Shown here in pieces: positions 12,401 through 24,600 of a DNA stretch of 64,000 nucleotides (within the stretch, counting starts at the first letter, position 1; every line of letters starts with the position of its first letter). Location of the stretch: assembly GCA_047967505.1 (NCBI GenBank), contig CM106538.1; one strand, 5' to 3'. The stretch is from Dipteris shenzhenensis (lineage: Eukaryota). Position numbers and translations under genes: made by a program. A model generated the notes under the pieces. It saw only the letters and a program-made list of their open reading frames with translations, was not told the DNA's origin and searched no databases.

Positions 12401-15400
12401 TGATAAGTACTTGTTTGAATAACACACCTACGGCTGTGTTTTTATATGGTTGTGCATGACACTAAGGCAAAAACAGTGTTTTATGCTTGATCGACAATGC
12501 AAAGCATATCCGATGGGCACAATACTTTGCACACACCTTCAACTAGGTGGAATGGACTTATATGCAAAGTGGCATTCCCATCGCATTAGTACTTGATGTG
12601 CATATCACTAGGGAAAAAACGGTGTATAATGCATGATCGAAAATGCAAAGCATATCCGATGGTGACAATACTTTGCACACACATCAACCTAGTTGAAACG
12701 GAATTGCGTGCAAAGTGGAGCCCCCATCCAATAAGTACTTGTTTGATTAACACACCTAGGACCGTGTTTTTTCATGGTTGTGCATGACACTAAGGCAAAA
12801 ACGATGTTTTATGCTTGATCGACAATGTAGAGCATATCCGATGGGCACAATACTTTGCACACACATTCAACTAGGTGGAATTGACTTACATGCAAAGTGG
12901 CACTCCCATCCCATAAGTGCTTGATCGGATAACATACCTAGCATCGTGTTTTTTTACGGATGTGCATGACACTAGAGCAAAAATAGTATTTAATGCTCGA
13001 TCGACCATGCAAAGGATATCCGATGGGCACAACACTTTTCGTATGCCTCAACCTAGGTGGAATTGAAATGTTCTCAAAGAGGCACACCCATCCGATAAGT
13101 ACTTGGTCAGATAACACACCTAAGGGCGTGTCTTTTTGCGGATGTGCATATCACTAGAGAAAAAATGGTATATAATGCGTGATCGACCATGCAAAGCATA
13201 TCCGATGGTGACAATACTTTGCACACACCTCAACATAGTTGAAACGGACTTGCGTGCAAAGTGGAGCCCCCATCCGATAAGTACTTTTTTGAATAACACA
13301 CCTAGGACCGTGTTTTTTCATGGTTGTGCATGACACTAAGGCAAAAACGGTGTTTTATGCTTGATCGACAATGCAAAGCATATCCGATGGGCACAATACT
13401 TTGCACACATCTTCAACTAGGTGGAATTGACTTACATGCAAAGTGGCACGCCCATCCCATAAGTGCTTGATCGGATAACATACCTAGCGGTGTGTTTTTT
13501 TACGGATGTGCATGACACTAGAGTAAAAATAGTATTTAATGCTCGATCAACCATGCAACGGATATCTGATGGGCACAAAAATTTTTGTATGCCTCAAACT
13601 AGGTGATATTGAAATGTTCTCAAAGAGGCACACCCATCTGATAAGTACTTGGTCAAATAACACACCTAAGGGCGTGTTTTTTTATGAATGTCCATATCAC
13701 TAGGGAAAAAATGGTGTATAATGCGTGATCGACCATGCAAAGCATATCCGATGGTGACAATACTTTGCACGCACCTCAATGTAGATGAAACAAACTTGCG
13801 TGCAAAGTGGAGCCCCCATCCGATAAGTACTTGTTTGAATAACACACCTACGGCCGTGTTTTTATATGGTTGTGCATGACACTAAGCCAAAAACGGTGTT
13901 TTATGCATGATCGACAATGCAAAGCATATCTGATGGGCACAATACTTTGCACACACCTTCAACTAGGTGTAATTGACTTACATGCAAAGTGGCATTCCCA
14001 TCGCATAAGTACTTGATCGGATAACGCACCTAGCAGCGTGTTTTTTTACGGATGTGCATGACACTAAGGCAAAAATGGTATTTAATGCTCGATCGACCAT
14101 GCAAAGCATATCCTATGGGTACAATACCTTTCCTACACCTTAACCTAGGTGGTATTGGAATGTTCTCAAAGAGGCACACCCATCCGATAAGTACTTGGTC
14201 AGATAACATACCTAAGGGCATATTTTTTTCCAGATGTGCATATCACTACGGAAAAAACATTGTATAATGTGTAATCAACGATGCAGAGCATATCCGATGG
14301 TGACAATACTTTGCACGCATCTCAACCTAGTTGAAACAGACTTGCGTGCAAACTGGAGCCCCCATATGATAAGTACTTGTTTGATTAACACACTTAGGAC
14401 CGTGTTTTTTCATGGTTGTGCATGACACTAAGCCAAAAACGGTGTTTTATGCTTGATCGACAGTGTAAAGCATATCTGATGGGAAAAATACTTTGCACAC
14501 ACCTTCAACTAAATGGAATTGACTTATATGCAAAGTGGCGCACCCTTCCCATAAGTGCTTGATCGGATAACATACCTAACAGCGTGTTTTTTTTATGGAT
14601 GTGCATGACACTAGAGCAAAAATAGTATTTAATGCTCAATCGACCATGCAAAGGATATCCAATGGGCACAATACTTTTCCTACACCGCAACCTAGGTGGT
14701 ATTGAAATGTTCTGAAAGAGGCACACCCATCCGTTAAGTACTTGGTCAGATAATACACCTAAGGGCATGTTTTTTTGCGGATGTGCATATCACTAGGGAA
14801 AAAACGGTGTATAATGTGTGATCGACCATGCAAATCATATCTGATGATGACAATACTTTGCACGCACCTCAACGTAGTTGAAACGGACTTGCGTGCAAAG
14901 TGGAGCCCCCATCCGATAAGTACTTGTTTGAGTAACACACTTAGGACCATGTTTTTTCATGGTTGTGCATGACACTAAGGCAAAAACGTTGTTTTATGCT
15001 TGATCGACAATGCAAAGCATATCCGATGGGCACAATACTTTGCACATACCTTCAACTAGGTGGAATTGACTTACATGCAAAGTGGCACTCCCATCCCATA
15101 AGTGCTTGATTGGATGACATACCTAGCAGCGTGTTTTTTAACGGATGTGCATGACACTAGAGTAAAAATAGTATTTATTGCTCGATCGATCGTGCAAAGG
15201 ATATCTAATGGGCACAACACTTTTTGTACACCTCAACCTAGGTGGTATTGGAATTTTCTCAAAGAGGCACACCCATCCGATAAGTACTTGGTCAGATAAC
15301 ACACCTAAGGGCGTGTTTTTTTGCGGATGTGCATATCACTCGTGAAAAGATGGTGTATAATGTGTGATCGACCATACAAAGCATATCCAAAGGTGACAAT

Positions 15401-16295
15401 ACTTTGCACACACCTCAACGTAGTTGAAACAGTCTTGCGTGCAAAGTGGAGCCCCCATCCGATAAGTACTTGTTTGAATAACACACCTAGGGCTGTATTT
15501 TTATATGGTTGTGCATGACACTAAGGCAAAAACAGTGTTTTATGCTTGATCGACAATGCAAAGCATATCCGATGGGCACAATACCTTGCACACACCTTCA
15601 ACTAGGTGGAATTGACTTACATGCAAAGTGGCATTCCCATCGCATAAGTACTTGATCGGATAACACACCTAGCAGCGTGTTTTTTTACGGATGTGCATGA
15701 CACTAAGGCAAAAATGGTATTTAATGCTTGATCGACCATCCAAAGCATATCCGATGGGCACAATACTTTTCCTATGCCTTAACCTAGGTGGTATTGAAAT
15801 GTTCTCAAAGAGGCACACCCATCCGATAAGTACTTGGTCAGATAACATACCTAAGGGCGTGTTTTTTTGCGGATGTGCATATCACTATAGGAAAAACGTT
15901 GTATAATGCGTAATCGACCATGCAGAGCATATCCGATGGTGACAATACTTTGCATGCATCTCCACCTAGTTGAAACGGACTTGCGTGCAAATCAGAGCCC
16001 CCATCCGATGAGTACTTGTTTGATTAACACACTTAGGACCGTGTTTTTTCATGGTTGTGCATGACACTAAGCCAAAAACGGTGTTTTTTGCTTGATCGAC
16101 AATGCAAAGCATATCCGATGGGCACAGTAGTTTGCACACACCTTCAACTAGGTGGAATTGACTTACATGAAAAGTGGCACGCCCATCCCATAAGTGCTTG
16201 ATTGGATAACATACCTAGCAACGTGTTTTTTTATGGATGTGCATGACACTAGAGCAAAAATAGTATTTAATGCTCGATCGACCATGCAAAGGATA
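9469..16295. repeat. Tandem satellite: ~182-bp monomers in 546-bp trimers and ~1640-bp nonamers (~37 monomers)
   Basis: Motif AACCTAGGTGGTATTG (or close variant) recurs at 9492, 10039, 10604, 11149, 11630, 12176, 13050, 13596, 14142, 14689, 15235 and 15781; each unit contains three mutually homologous subunits. Confidence 0.97.
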
Positions 16296-16430
16296 ACCTG
16301 GCATGTCCATTTGATGAGTATTTGATTGGATAACTTCTCCCACCAATAAATTAAGTACTAATTAAAAATTATAATAAATGAGTAGATTATTAAAAAGAGA
16401 CTAATATTTATGTAATTGTTGCTACTGCAG

Positions 16431-19400
16431 CTTGCTTGCGAAGGACTCTCACAAAGGAGATGGCTATAGATTTTGTTCCAGGGATGGATGTGATTTTATG
16501 TAGCAAAAGAGAAGTAGTTGCATTTGCTACAATCCATGATAGTGATCCCAATTCAGTTTGCCACTTTCGAAGACTTGGCGAAGATAAGGTGGCAGTTACT
16601 GTATCAAAGATTCTTAGCGCACATGTTACGCTAAAGTATAAATGTGGAGATATGGAAACACTTGGAGATGTTATGCCCTACAATACATCCAACAAATCAT
16701 TTATAGCATGGGACAAAGATGAGACTTATGCAACAGACATTATCAAGAATACAAAGTGCACCACCTTGGATTTTACTATAGGGGACATTTGCAAATGAGA
16801 TCATTTGCAAATAAGACTGTAGCAGAAGGTGAAGTATTGGGATTTGAACAAGTGGAGCAATGGTCATTTGCATCGATGAGAATTCTAAAAGTCACTGATG
16901 ATGGTATGGTTGATAACATAACATCCTTATGTGATCCCTACTATGAGGTAAGCAAGAATATGAGATGGAGCATGCAATTTTTAAACATGAGAAAGAGGCA
17001 TGTGGTTTTCAATGATAAAGACAAGGTATATTACAATATCAAAGGACCTAAAAAGCGTGCCCATGTGCCAGGCTCTACCACTTCAAATGTGGATGATTTC
17101 AATGTACTCAATTATAGAAGTGACATCTTATCTGGAGTGGATGAGTTCATTGGTTCTGAGAAACAAAATGATTTTAGAAGCGAAGCCTTATCTGGGGTGG
17201 ATGAATTCTTGCATAGTGAGAAGGGCAAAGGTTTCAATAGTGACGTCTTGCCAAGTGTGGATGAGTTCATGCATATTAACAAACCTGGTGTCAATCAAGC
17301 TTGTGGATTTGTGAAAGCCATGCAAGATGTCCCAATGAGTGATGTTCTCTCAGGAGTGGAAGAGTTTCAAGGTTCTCAATACTCTCGTAGAATATTGAAT
17401 TCATTGAATGGTCCTAAGAGTATGTTAAAAATGAGGATGAGATCAACAAAGGATTATTCAATATTTAACTTTGATTGTGATATGGCCAAGGATGCAACGA
17501 CCAATCATGGATGCTTGGTTACAAACAAATGTGAGGAGAAGAAGTGCATAAATACAGATAACAACATGCAGGAGGAATGAAAACGGTCATACATATGCAT
17601 GAAGAGAAAGCGAATCAGGCAAATCCACAAAAGCAACCAAAGAGAAAGAGCGTAATGAAGGAGGAGAACATGTTAAATGCATTGGTATATCTATGTTGCA
17701 AGCAAAGATGTATGCGCTTCATTGATCTTGCAGACATCAGGGAATGTAGAGGACACGTGTGGCAAAGAAGAGGAAGCGAAAGAAATGAATACCTTCTCAC
17801 AAGTCTCTCTTGCTTTCTTCAAAATGGCAATAAAAGGCTAAGTTCAAGACAAAAGGTAAAACCTCTCGTAAATGGAAAAAGGATTTGCAATAAGGCATAT
17901 CGCAATATTACTGGATTATCCCATGGTACATATTGGGATTTAGTCACCAAGGCAAAGGGCGGCAACAAATTTAGCATTCACGGTAATAGAGGAAGGTCCA
18001 AATCAAGAATCTCAACTGTCACGGCAGTAGCAATTTTGCAAGACTTCATACATGAAAATGCTTTACCTTAACCCCATATATCTACCAAACTCCCTAACGG
18101 TGACGCGATCACTGAAATGCACCTTCCAATGGGCTTGACAAAGCTCGAAGTATTTGAGACTATTGCAAAAAAGCAAAGGCAAAGAGGGGATGCCGTAGCT
18201 TCTTCTCATACTTTGTATACTCTTTGGAAGAATAACTTTGGATATGTTAAAATCCCAAGGAGGCAAAAAATGTCAAAGTGCAATGTCTGTGATGATTTAA
18301 AGCGAGCGATTGAGAGTGCAACATGTCCAAATCAAAGGGAATTATACAAAAAAAACCGAAAATCTCATCATGACCTTATTCGACATTCCAAACAAAAATA
18401 TGCATTTTGGAAGGAGCAAGCTATTTCACATCCCAAAGACTACATGTGCCTTATTGTAGATGGCATGGATCAAAATACAACAACATTGCCTCGTTTTGTT
18501 GCCACTCCACCTAAATTACAAGAAAAGCACTTTCTAAAGACACATCTATGTGGAGTGTTAGTGCATGGAATTAAGTTCTTTGTAGATATATGGATTGATT
18601 CCTTGCATCTACATGATACCAATCAAGTTGTAACATCTATTATGAAGGCAATTCGCAATGTACATGCAGAAAAAGGTCGCCTACCACCGACTTTGAGAAT
18701 ACAAGCTGATAATTGCTGGCGAGAAAATAAGAATGTACTCATGTTTGCATTCTGCTCCATGCTAGTTGCTCATCAAATCTTCAATGAGGTCGAATGTGGA
18801 TTTTTGTATGTTGGGCATACACATGAGGATATCGATCAGGTTTTTAGCACAGTCTCAAGGGAGCTTAAATGCAAGGATGTGGAGACAATAAATGACTTGG
18901 TAAGAAGATGTGGCAGGCAAGTTGGTGGTCGTAAGGAAAGTACAGTATGTGAGAGGCTCGAAAGAATGTATGATTGGAAGAGCTTCATTCTACCTTTCAT
19001 ACAAATGGGTGGTGATGCATTGACAGGTCATACCAATCCACACTACTTTCGTTTTTTTTTAAAAGATGAAAAACTCGTAATGTAATGGCAACAGTATTCT
19101 CATGATACAAAATGGGAACCTGAAGAACCTTACAGTCTCTTAACTTCAATTCCCAGCAAGGAAAGGTATCCAACATGGGCTCCTATACAAGAATTCAATG
19201 AGAGGTCTAACTGTGAAATAGAAGGCCTAAAAGCATTTATTACATACAAAGAGGAAATGCTCCGGAGATATCCTGATTTGAAGCCTACTTGGAGAACACT
19301 ACCACTATAATTAACAAGACATGAAATTAAATAAAGGACCTTGAGAGAATGCGAGGCTCAAAGGATGTCAAGGAAGAATGCAATATGTTTTGGCCAAATG

Positions 19401-19924
19401 TTCATAACGATTTGCGCCCAGCTCCAGTCTTTGAAAATGAATTTGTATCATTACTCCCACGTCCATATTGTGGACTGAAGAAGAGAGAGTTTATGCCACA
19501 ACTAGATATAGAGGTCGATTGTTTTGTTGTGGTTCGGCCATCGGATGATGGATATGAGAATGTGAAGTTTTGGGTTGCAAAAGTAGTTGATGTGCAAAGA
19601 GATGACCAAGGGAGAGCTACAACATTTACAGCGGTATGGTATGAGCCAAAGGGCAGGAAGGAGAATATGGATAACAACACATTGTATACTAATTGTATAA
19701 TGAAGGAGTGGGTCCCAAATGATGAAGCGGTCTCTCAAGTTTTGACGGAGACAATCATAGTGTCTTGGCATTCAAGGGCAAAGAAATCAAAGAAGCGCAT
19801 GGGATATGAAGTAGAAGGAAAAATAAAAATACCACAGCAAACTATTTTGCATATACATGAATTTTTAAGGATGCTCGCCATGGAGGAAGTAGAAGGAGAC
19901 AGCGCAAATGAAGAATGTCCATGA
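16431..19924 (+). pseudogene. Sola1-like (DUF7869-type) DDD transposase, frameshifted; ~1150 aa when stitched
   Basis: Motifs KCNVC, LIVDGMDQN, QADNCWRENKN and FLYVGHTHEDIDQ. Consecutive ORFs 16436-16798, 16756-17580, 17577-18071, 18117-19085 and 19349-19924. Acceptor-like CTACTGCAG ends at 16430. Confidence 0.8.
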
Positions 19925-20039
19925 TTAAAGCTTTGTATTGTAGTCCATTGAAGGATTTTATTTGGGTACTAGGCAAGAAGCCAATCCAAGACAATTATAA
20001 TCAGAGTCATCACATCCTATGTCAAATGAGAGTCAAAAT

Positions 20040-20445
20040 ATGCACTGGATGTCACCCAAGGGTCAAGGATTGCCAAGACAATAGGGAGTTAATGCAGATG
20101 GCACCTAGCAAGGGACTATCACATTCAGCAATAAGACAATGGGGAGCCAATGCACCCAAGGGGCAAGGCTTGGCAAGACAAGTGGAAGTTAATGCAAATG
20201 GCACCTGTATTTTGCACTGGATGTCACCCAAGGGTCAAGGCTTGGTAAGACAATAGGGAGTTAATGCAGATGGCACTTGACAAGGGACTATCGCATTGAG
20301 CAATAAGACAATGGGGAGTCAATGCACCTAAGGGGCAAGGCTTGGCAAGACAAGTGGGAGTCAAATTATGCAGATGGCACCTAGCAAGGGACTGTCATGA
20401 CATTGAGCAATAAGACAATGGGGAGTCAAATTATGCAGATGGCAC
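20040..20445. repeat. Modular tandem repeat downstream of the transposase
   Basis: Repeated modules AAGACAATGGGGAGT, TAATGCAGATGGCACC and CAAGGGGCAAGGCTTGGCAAGAC. Confidence 0.85.
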
Positions 20446-21179
20446 GAATTGAGGCTCTTTAAGAGCAACAATTTAAATTGTAAACATATGTTTAATCTAT
20501 ATCATTTTGGATATAAAGACTCTAGCTGAGAGCAACGTCTCTCAATATAATCATATAATAATAGCTATAATTGCTATTATACCTCTTTGGTTCAATACAA
20601 AAGTTGGGTCTTATGGCATCATGTCTTTTTTGTATTTATTAAAAGTTTTAAAAATTTTGTGCATATTGCGAGTGACAATGTTATTTTCATGAAATATTTA
20701 AGTCTCCTTTCATGGATTTATAAATTTATCACATCAAGGAAAAATATTAAAAATAATTAAATTAACAAATAACTTAGATATAGCTAGAATTTCTAATATA
20801 GGATTATTTCAAATTCTTGCATGTTGGTGCAAAAGTATAGATTGAAAAAATAATATTTTTATGTGAATATGATAGTGCCACAAAGTGAATTTTTGATTTG
20901 GGAAGAATATTTTCAGAAAGTAAAATTTTGATTTGGGAAGGATATTTTCACAAAGTAAAGTTTTCATTTGGGAAGGATTTTTGGGCTTCATCCAAAAACA
21001 ACAGAAAAAGTCCAAAATTAATGAAATAGGTGTTCATTGTAGATGTTGGGCTCATCTACAGAAATAAGAGGATCGGAAAGGGTAGGGGCAGGGTCAGGGC
21101 TTGAGGTCGAGGCCTCCTCTTCCACTTGTCCCTCCTGGAGAAGGAAAATAAAGGTCATTTCCTAGGATAGGAACCTATT

Positions 21180-21541
21180 TCATGTGTATCCGATGACTCC
21201 ACATGCTAGGAGGTCATCAGTGTCCACCTCCCTAAACCCTAGGGGTGTGAGCTGGGCTCGAAAGCGATCTAAACGCTTCACGAACCTAGGTTCTTGATTG
21301 AACAAGTACTTCAAATAATCAATTGGGACCCATCTTTTTGTAGACTCATCAAGTTGATATGCAAAACTCGCGATGTAGTCTTGCATGTACTTGATGAGGT
21401 CTTCAAAATCTCATCTCGGGCTCCCAAGTAGGTGCCTAGGACATCTATGCTCTTATCAAAGACTAGAAATAACTCCTCCTCTCTATCAATTAATGGAGTA
21501 CAGGAGATGAAACCGTGGAAGGCAGACCTAGTAGAATCCAT
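21180..21541 (-). pseudogene. Small orphan ORF with one frameshift, possible transposon cargo
   Basis: Overlapping ORFs 21311-21541 and 21180-21386 read as one globular-looking peptide; TATATATA about 70 bp upstream on the - strand. Confidence 0.45.
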
Positions 21542-21774
21542 GGTAGTTTGGTAGCTAGGAGAACTATGGCTATGATAGTGAAACTTTGAAACTAAAGTAA
21601 CTTGATAACCTATATATACCCAAATGTTCTAAATATAAAAAATATAAAGAATTATAAATTTTTTGGAAAAAACTTGACATTGACATGAAACAAAACCATT
21701 CAAAACATCAAAATTAATTGCACCACTATTAATTGGAAAATGTCAAAATCCACAATTGTTCCATCCCACATTTT

Positions 21775-23053
21775 CTAAACAATCTTCAATATTGCAGGAG
21801 GGATAAAAGTGGCACTATGCACGAGCTTCTCTGCACGCTTTCCTACCTTTTCACCATTTAAGGTAAAGTGAAAGGACTCAGACATGCCACCCTCCATGAC
21901 CAATAGGTGTTCCCGCACGTCCCTGAAAGTCCACTATGATGTGACAGTCACATTCTTAACATCTCCTAAATGAGAACCAATACATAAACTTACCCCTATA
22001 TTATCATCATCGTTAGAGTCAAGTGGGAGCCAATTGTCACCTGTTTTCTTCCAGTGCCTATATTGGAAAGCAAAATCTAACATTTGGTGGGAGATGTGGT
22101 ACTTGACAACCACATTGTCCTTACATACATGGCATTGAAACAGATCACCCTTTTGTTCACTTGACTTGCTTCCCCAATTCACCCCAAGCAATTCCTCAAG
22201 GGCATTCTCATGTAGGCACTTGCATGACCACATGGTTTTTGTTCTGTGCATCTGGAGATTATGAAAACAAGAAGCAAAAATGTGCAGAGGCATAAACCAA
22301 GACAACCTTACCCATTTAGAGCCAAATGTAAACTTCATGGCCATGCCCACATCCTTTGCAATCTTTTCCTTGTGTATGACTGCATTGTTCTTGTGTCCAC
22401 CATGCTGCAATCCATGTCTTCAAGTTGTGGTGTTGCAATGCATTAAAGATGGCCATAGCCTGATGCCGTCCTTGGAGTAATGTACTTGGCATTATACCAA
22501 TAGATATTTCTCTGTTTCAAAGCAGAGGACTTCTCTCCAGCATGCATTTGTCTTCTTAAATCCTCATGAATGGTAGTAAACTTACCTAAGAAGCACTCCA
22601 CTGGTTTCCACTTCTCAAAGTCTGAAGGAAATACACCTACTATGCACAAGTGCTATTTCAAAATACAATTTCAAACTGACTCATTACACTGGTTCTATTT
22701 CAAAATACAATTTCAAGCTGACTCATTACACTTCAAAATCTTACACAAAATGCAGAATTACAATGCGATGGTATTGTCGATTGATTGCTTGATGGAGGAA
22801 GGTGTATGTCCTTCCCCATGTAGATGTGTTGCACCTTTGCAAGCAATCCTTTCTTCCCAAGCTTGAACTTCATGATGCGGCCCTTCTATTCATGCAAAAG
22901 ATCACCTCTTTTGCTCTTGGGAACCTTATGTGGACCCTTGGCAGACCCTCTCATGACTATCCAATCATTCAAGCTATAGGTGCAAGGCATCCATTCACCC
23001 AGTACATTTTTGCTCCTGTGGGAGACAGAGTACATGTATGGTCTCCTCACCAT
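21775..23053 (-). pseudogene. Decayed gene with putative BAH-like N-terminal domain and ubiquitin-like C-terminal domain
   Basis: Stitched translation YSLNDWIVM...E*KGRIMKF...AKVQHIY [intron ~22637-22750] VFPSDFEKWKPVECFLGKFTTIH...IYWYNAKY; C-terminus VSLCIG..KNVTVTS*WTFRDVREHLL..FHFTLNGEKV..ILKIV*. Confidence 0.5.
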
Positions 23054-23178
23054 GCTTGTACAGAGGTCACAACAGCAATAGTGGACTAGAAAGTGCAGCT
23101 TGGAGGGAGAGAGCAACTTCGATAGAAAGAGAGAGAGGGAGAAGGTATAGAGGGTGTAATCGAAGCTTGAGAGAAGCT

Positions 23179-23420
23179 CCAAGAGGTACTGTAGCAAGGA
23201 ATGGAGGGAGAAAGAGTAGAGGGGGATGAGCAGCTGCTCCAGGAGGTGTTGTAGCTAGGAATGGAGGGAGAAAGAGCAGACGGGGATGAGCAGCCACTAC
23301 AGGAGGTACTATAGCTAGGAATGGAGGAAGAAAGAGCAGAGGGAGATGAGCAGCTGCTGCTGTAGGAGGTGCTGTAGCTAGGAGTGGAGAGAGAATGAGT
23401 AGCTGCTAGAGGAGGTGCTG
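23179..23420. repeat. ~60-bp minisatellite, about 4 copies
   Basis: GGAGGT..TGTAGCTAGGAATGGAGGGAGAAAGAGCAGA.GGGGATGAGCAGC repeated with a 60-bp period. Confidence 0.9.
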
Positions 23421-24059
23421 GAGAGGGAGAAACACAGTAGACCAGAGCAGGAGGGGGCAGAGAAGATGCCAAATGCATTCCCACAATTGAAAAATGGAGG
23501 GAGAATGGAGCTGGACCAGAGAAGAGGAGGGGGCAGGCCTGTAACAAGTTGAGAGGGGGGAAAAATTTGCCCAAAAGGGTCCACCACCTCTTGAATGACT
23601 TGTAGGTTTGTTTGGGGGAGGTGCATATGGGAGAAGGGTCAAGCATGGGTTGAGGGGGGGGGATGGTTTGAGTGGTCCCCGGTGTAAGAGGAGTAGCCAA
23701 TAGGGGCTGTCTGCAGGTCTGCCCACGCTTCACCTCAACATGGCATTGCCCCACAAAAAGGAGCACTCCCATTGGTACACCTCAAATACCTCACTAATCC
23801 CTTAAAATTAGGAAACACTAATTGGGGGCCCTTTGGAGACCCCAATTCTCCCCTAATGGGTTTCTTCATCATAGGCTTATCTTCTAGGAGTCTTTTCTTC
23901 GTGTTGGCATCTGGCATCTTTCTATCTACATTCTTCCCTGATTGAATAGTAGCCGTTTGTGCCACTAGCTCTATGATCTCGGCCACCACAGGGTCGTCTG
24001 TCGAGCTTTTATCACCAATCTCAGCTTGTGTTGTTTCTCTCCTCCCTACCACTTTCTAG

Positions 24060-24600
24060 GCATCATCCATCTTCTGATCATGAGATTTACCATTTCCCTT
24101 CGATGATATATCTACATCCTTGAAGAATCTTGGCTTGCATGTTGAGTTTTTGGTCCTCCAAGATCTCAACCACCAGCCCTTGCATGTCACTCTTTTGAGT
24201 ACTAACTTGTAGCAAAGGTTGAGCTTTCGCTCGATTCAAGCAATGATCGATCTTATCAATATGTACAACCTTAGGAACATCCCGATGCTCTTCTTCACGA
24301 TGCATGATGTCTTCCTTTAGATGCGTTGACATGATTCTTATCTGGGGCCTTCAACCACTCCATCAATCTTTTCATTTCTCACAAGCTCATGTTCTCATCT
24401 CAGGTTGGAGAATTACGTGCATAATGTCCAGTCTTCTTGCATAGATAGCATGCATCAAGAAACGCGCCAAACTTGACTCTTTGGGTAACCACCACTTTGG
24501 CAGAAAGATGCATAACAACGAATTCTGGAGTAGCTCAACTATGATCCAAGATGATCCATACTCTTTTAGCACCAAAGGTGTTTTGAGCTAATGGCGGAGC
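24060..24600 (-). mobile_element. Degenerate retroelement gag fragment
   Basis: Zinc-knuckle remnant CYLCKKTGHYARNS at about 24408-24450 on the - strand. Confidence 0.5.

Noticed and set aside
9578-15906. Many near-identical 60-87 aa Cys/His-rich ORFs
   Set aside because: They are by-products of the 546-bp satellite: mostly non-ATG starts, present on both strands, and freely broken by indels.
9469-16295. CRISPR-like or integron-like repeat-spacer array
   Set aside because: There are no unique spacers, units are homologous along their whole length, the context is eukaryotic, and no cas or integrase gene is present.
23086-23772. 228-aa Ser/Pro-rich ORF resembling a cell-wall protein
   Set aside because: Largely produced by the 60-bp minisatellite and a purine-skewed tract; several frames are open.
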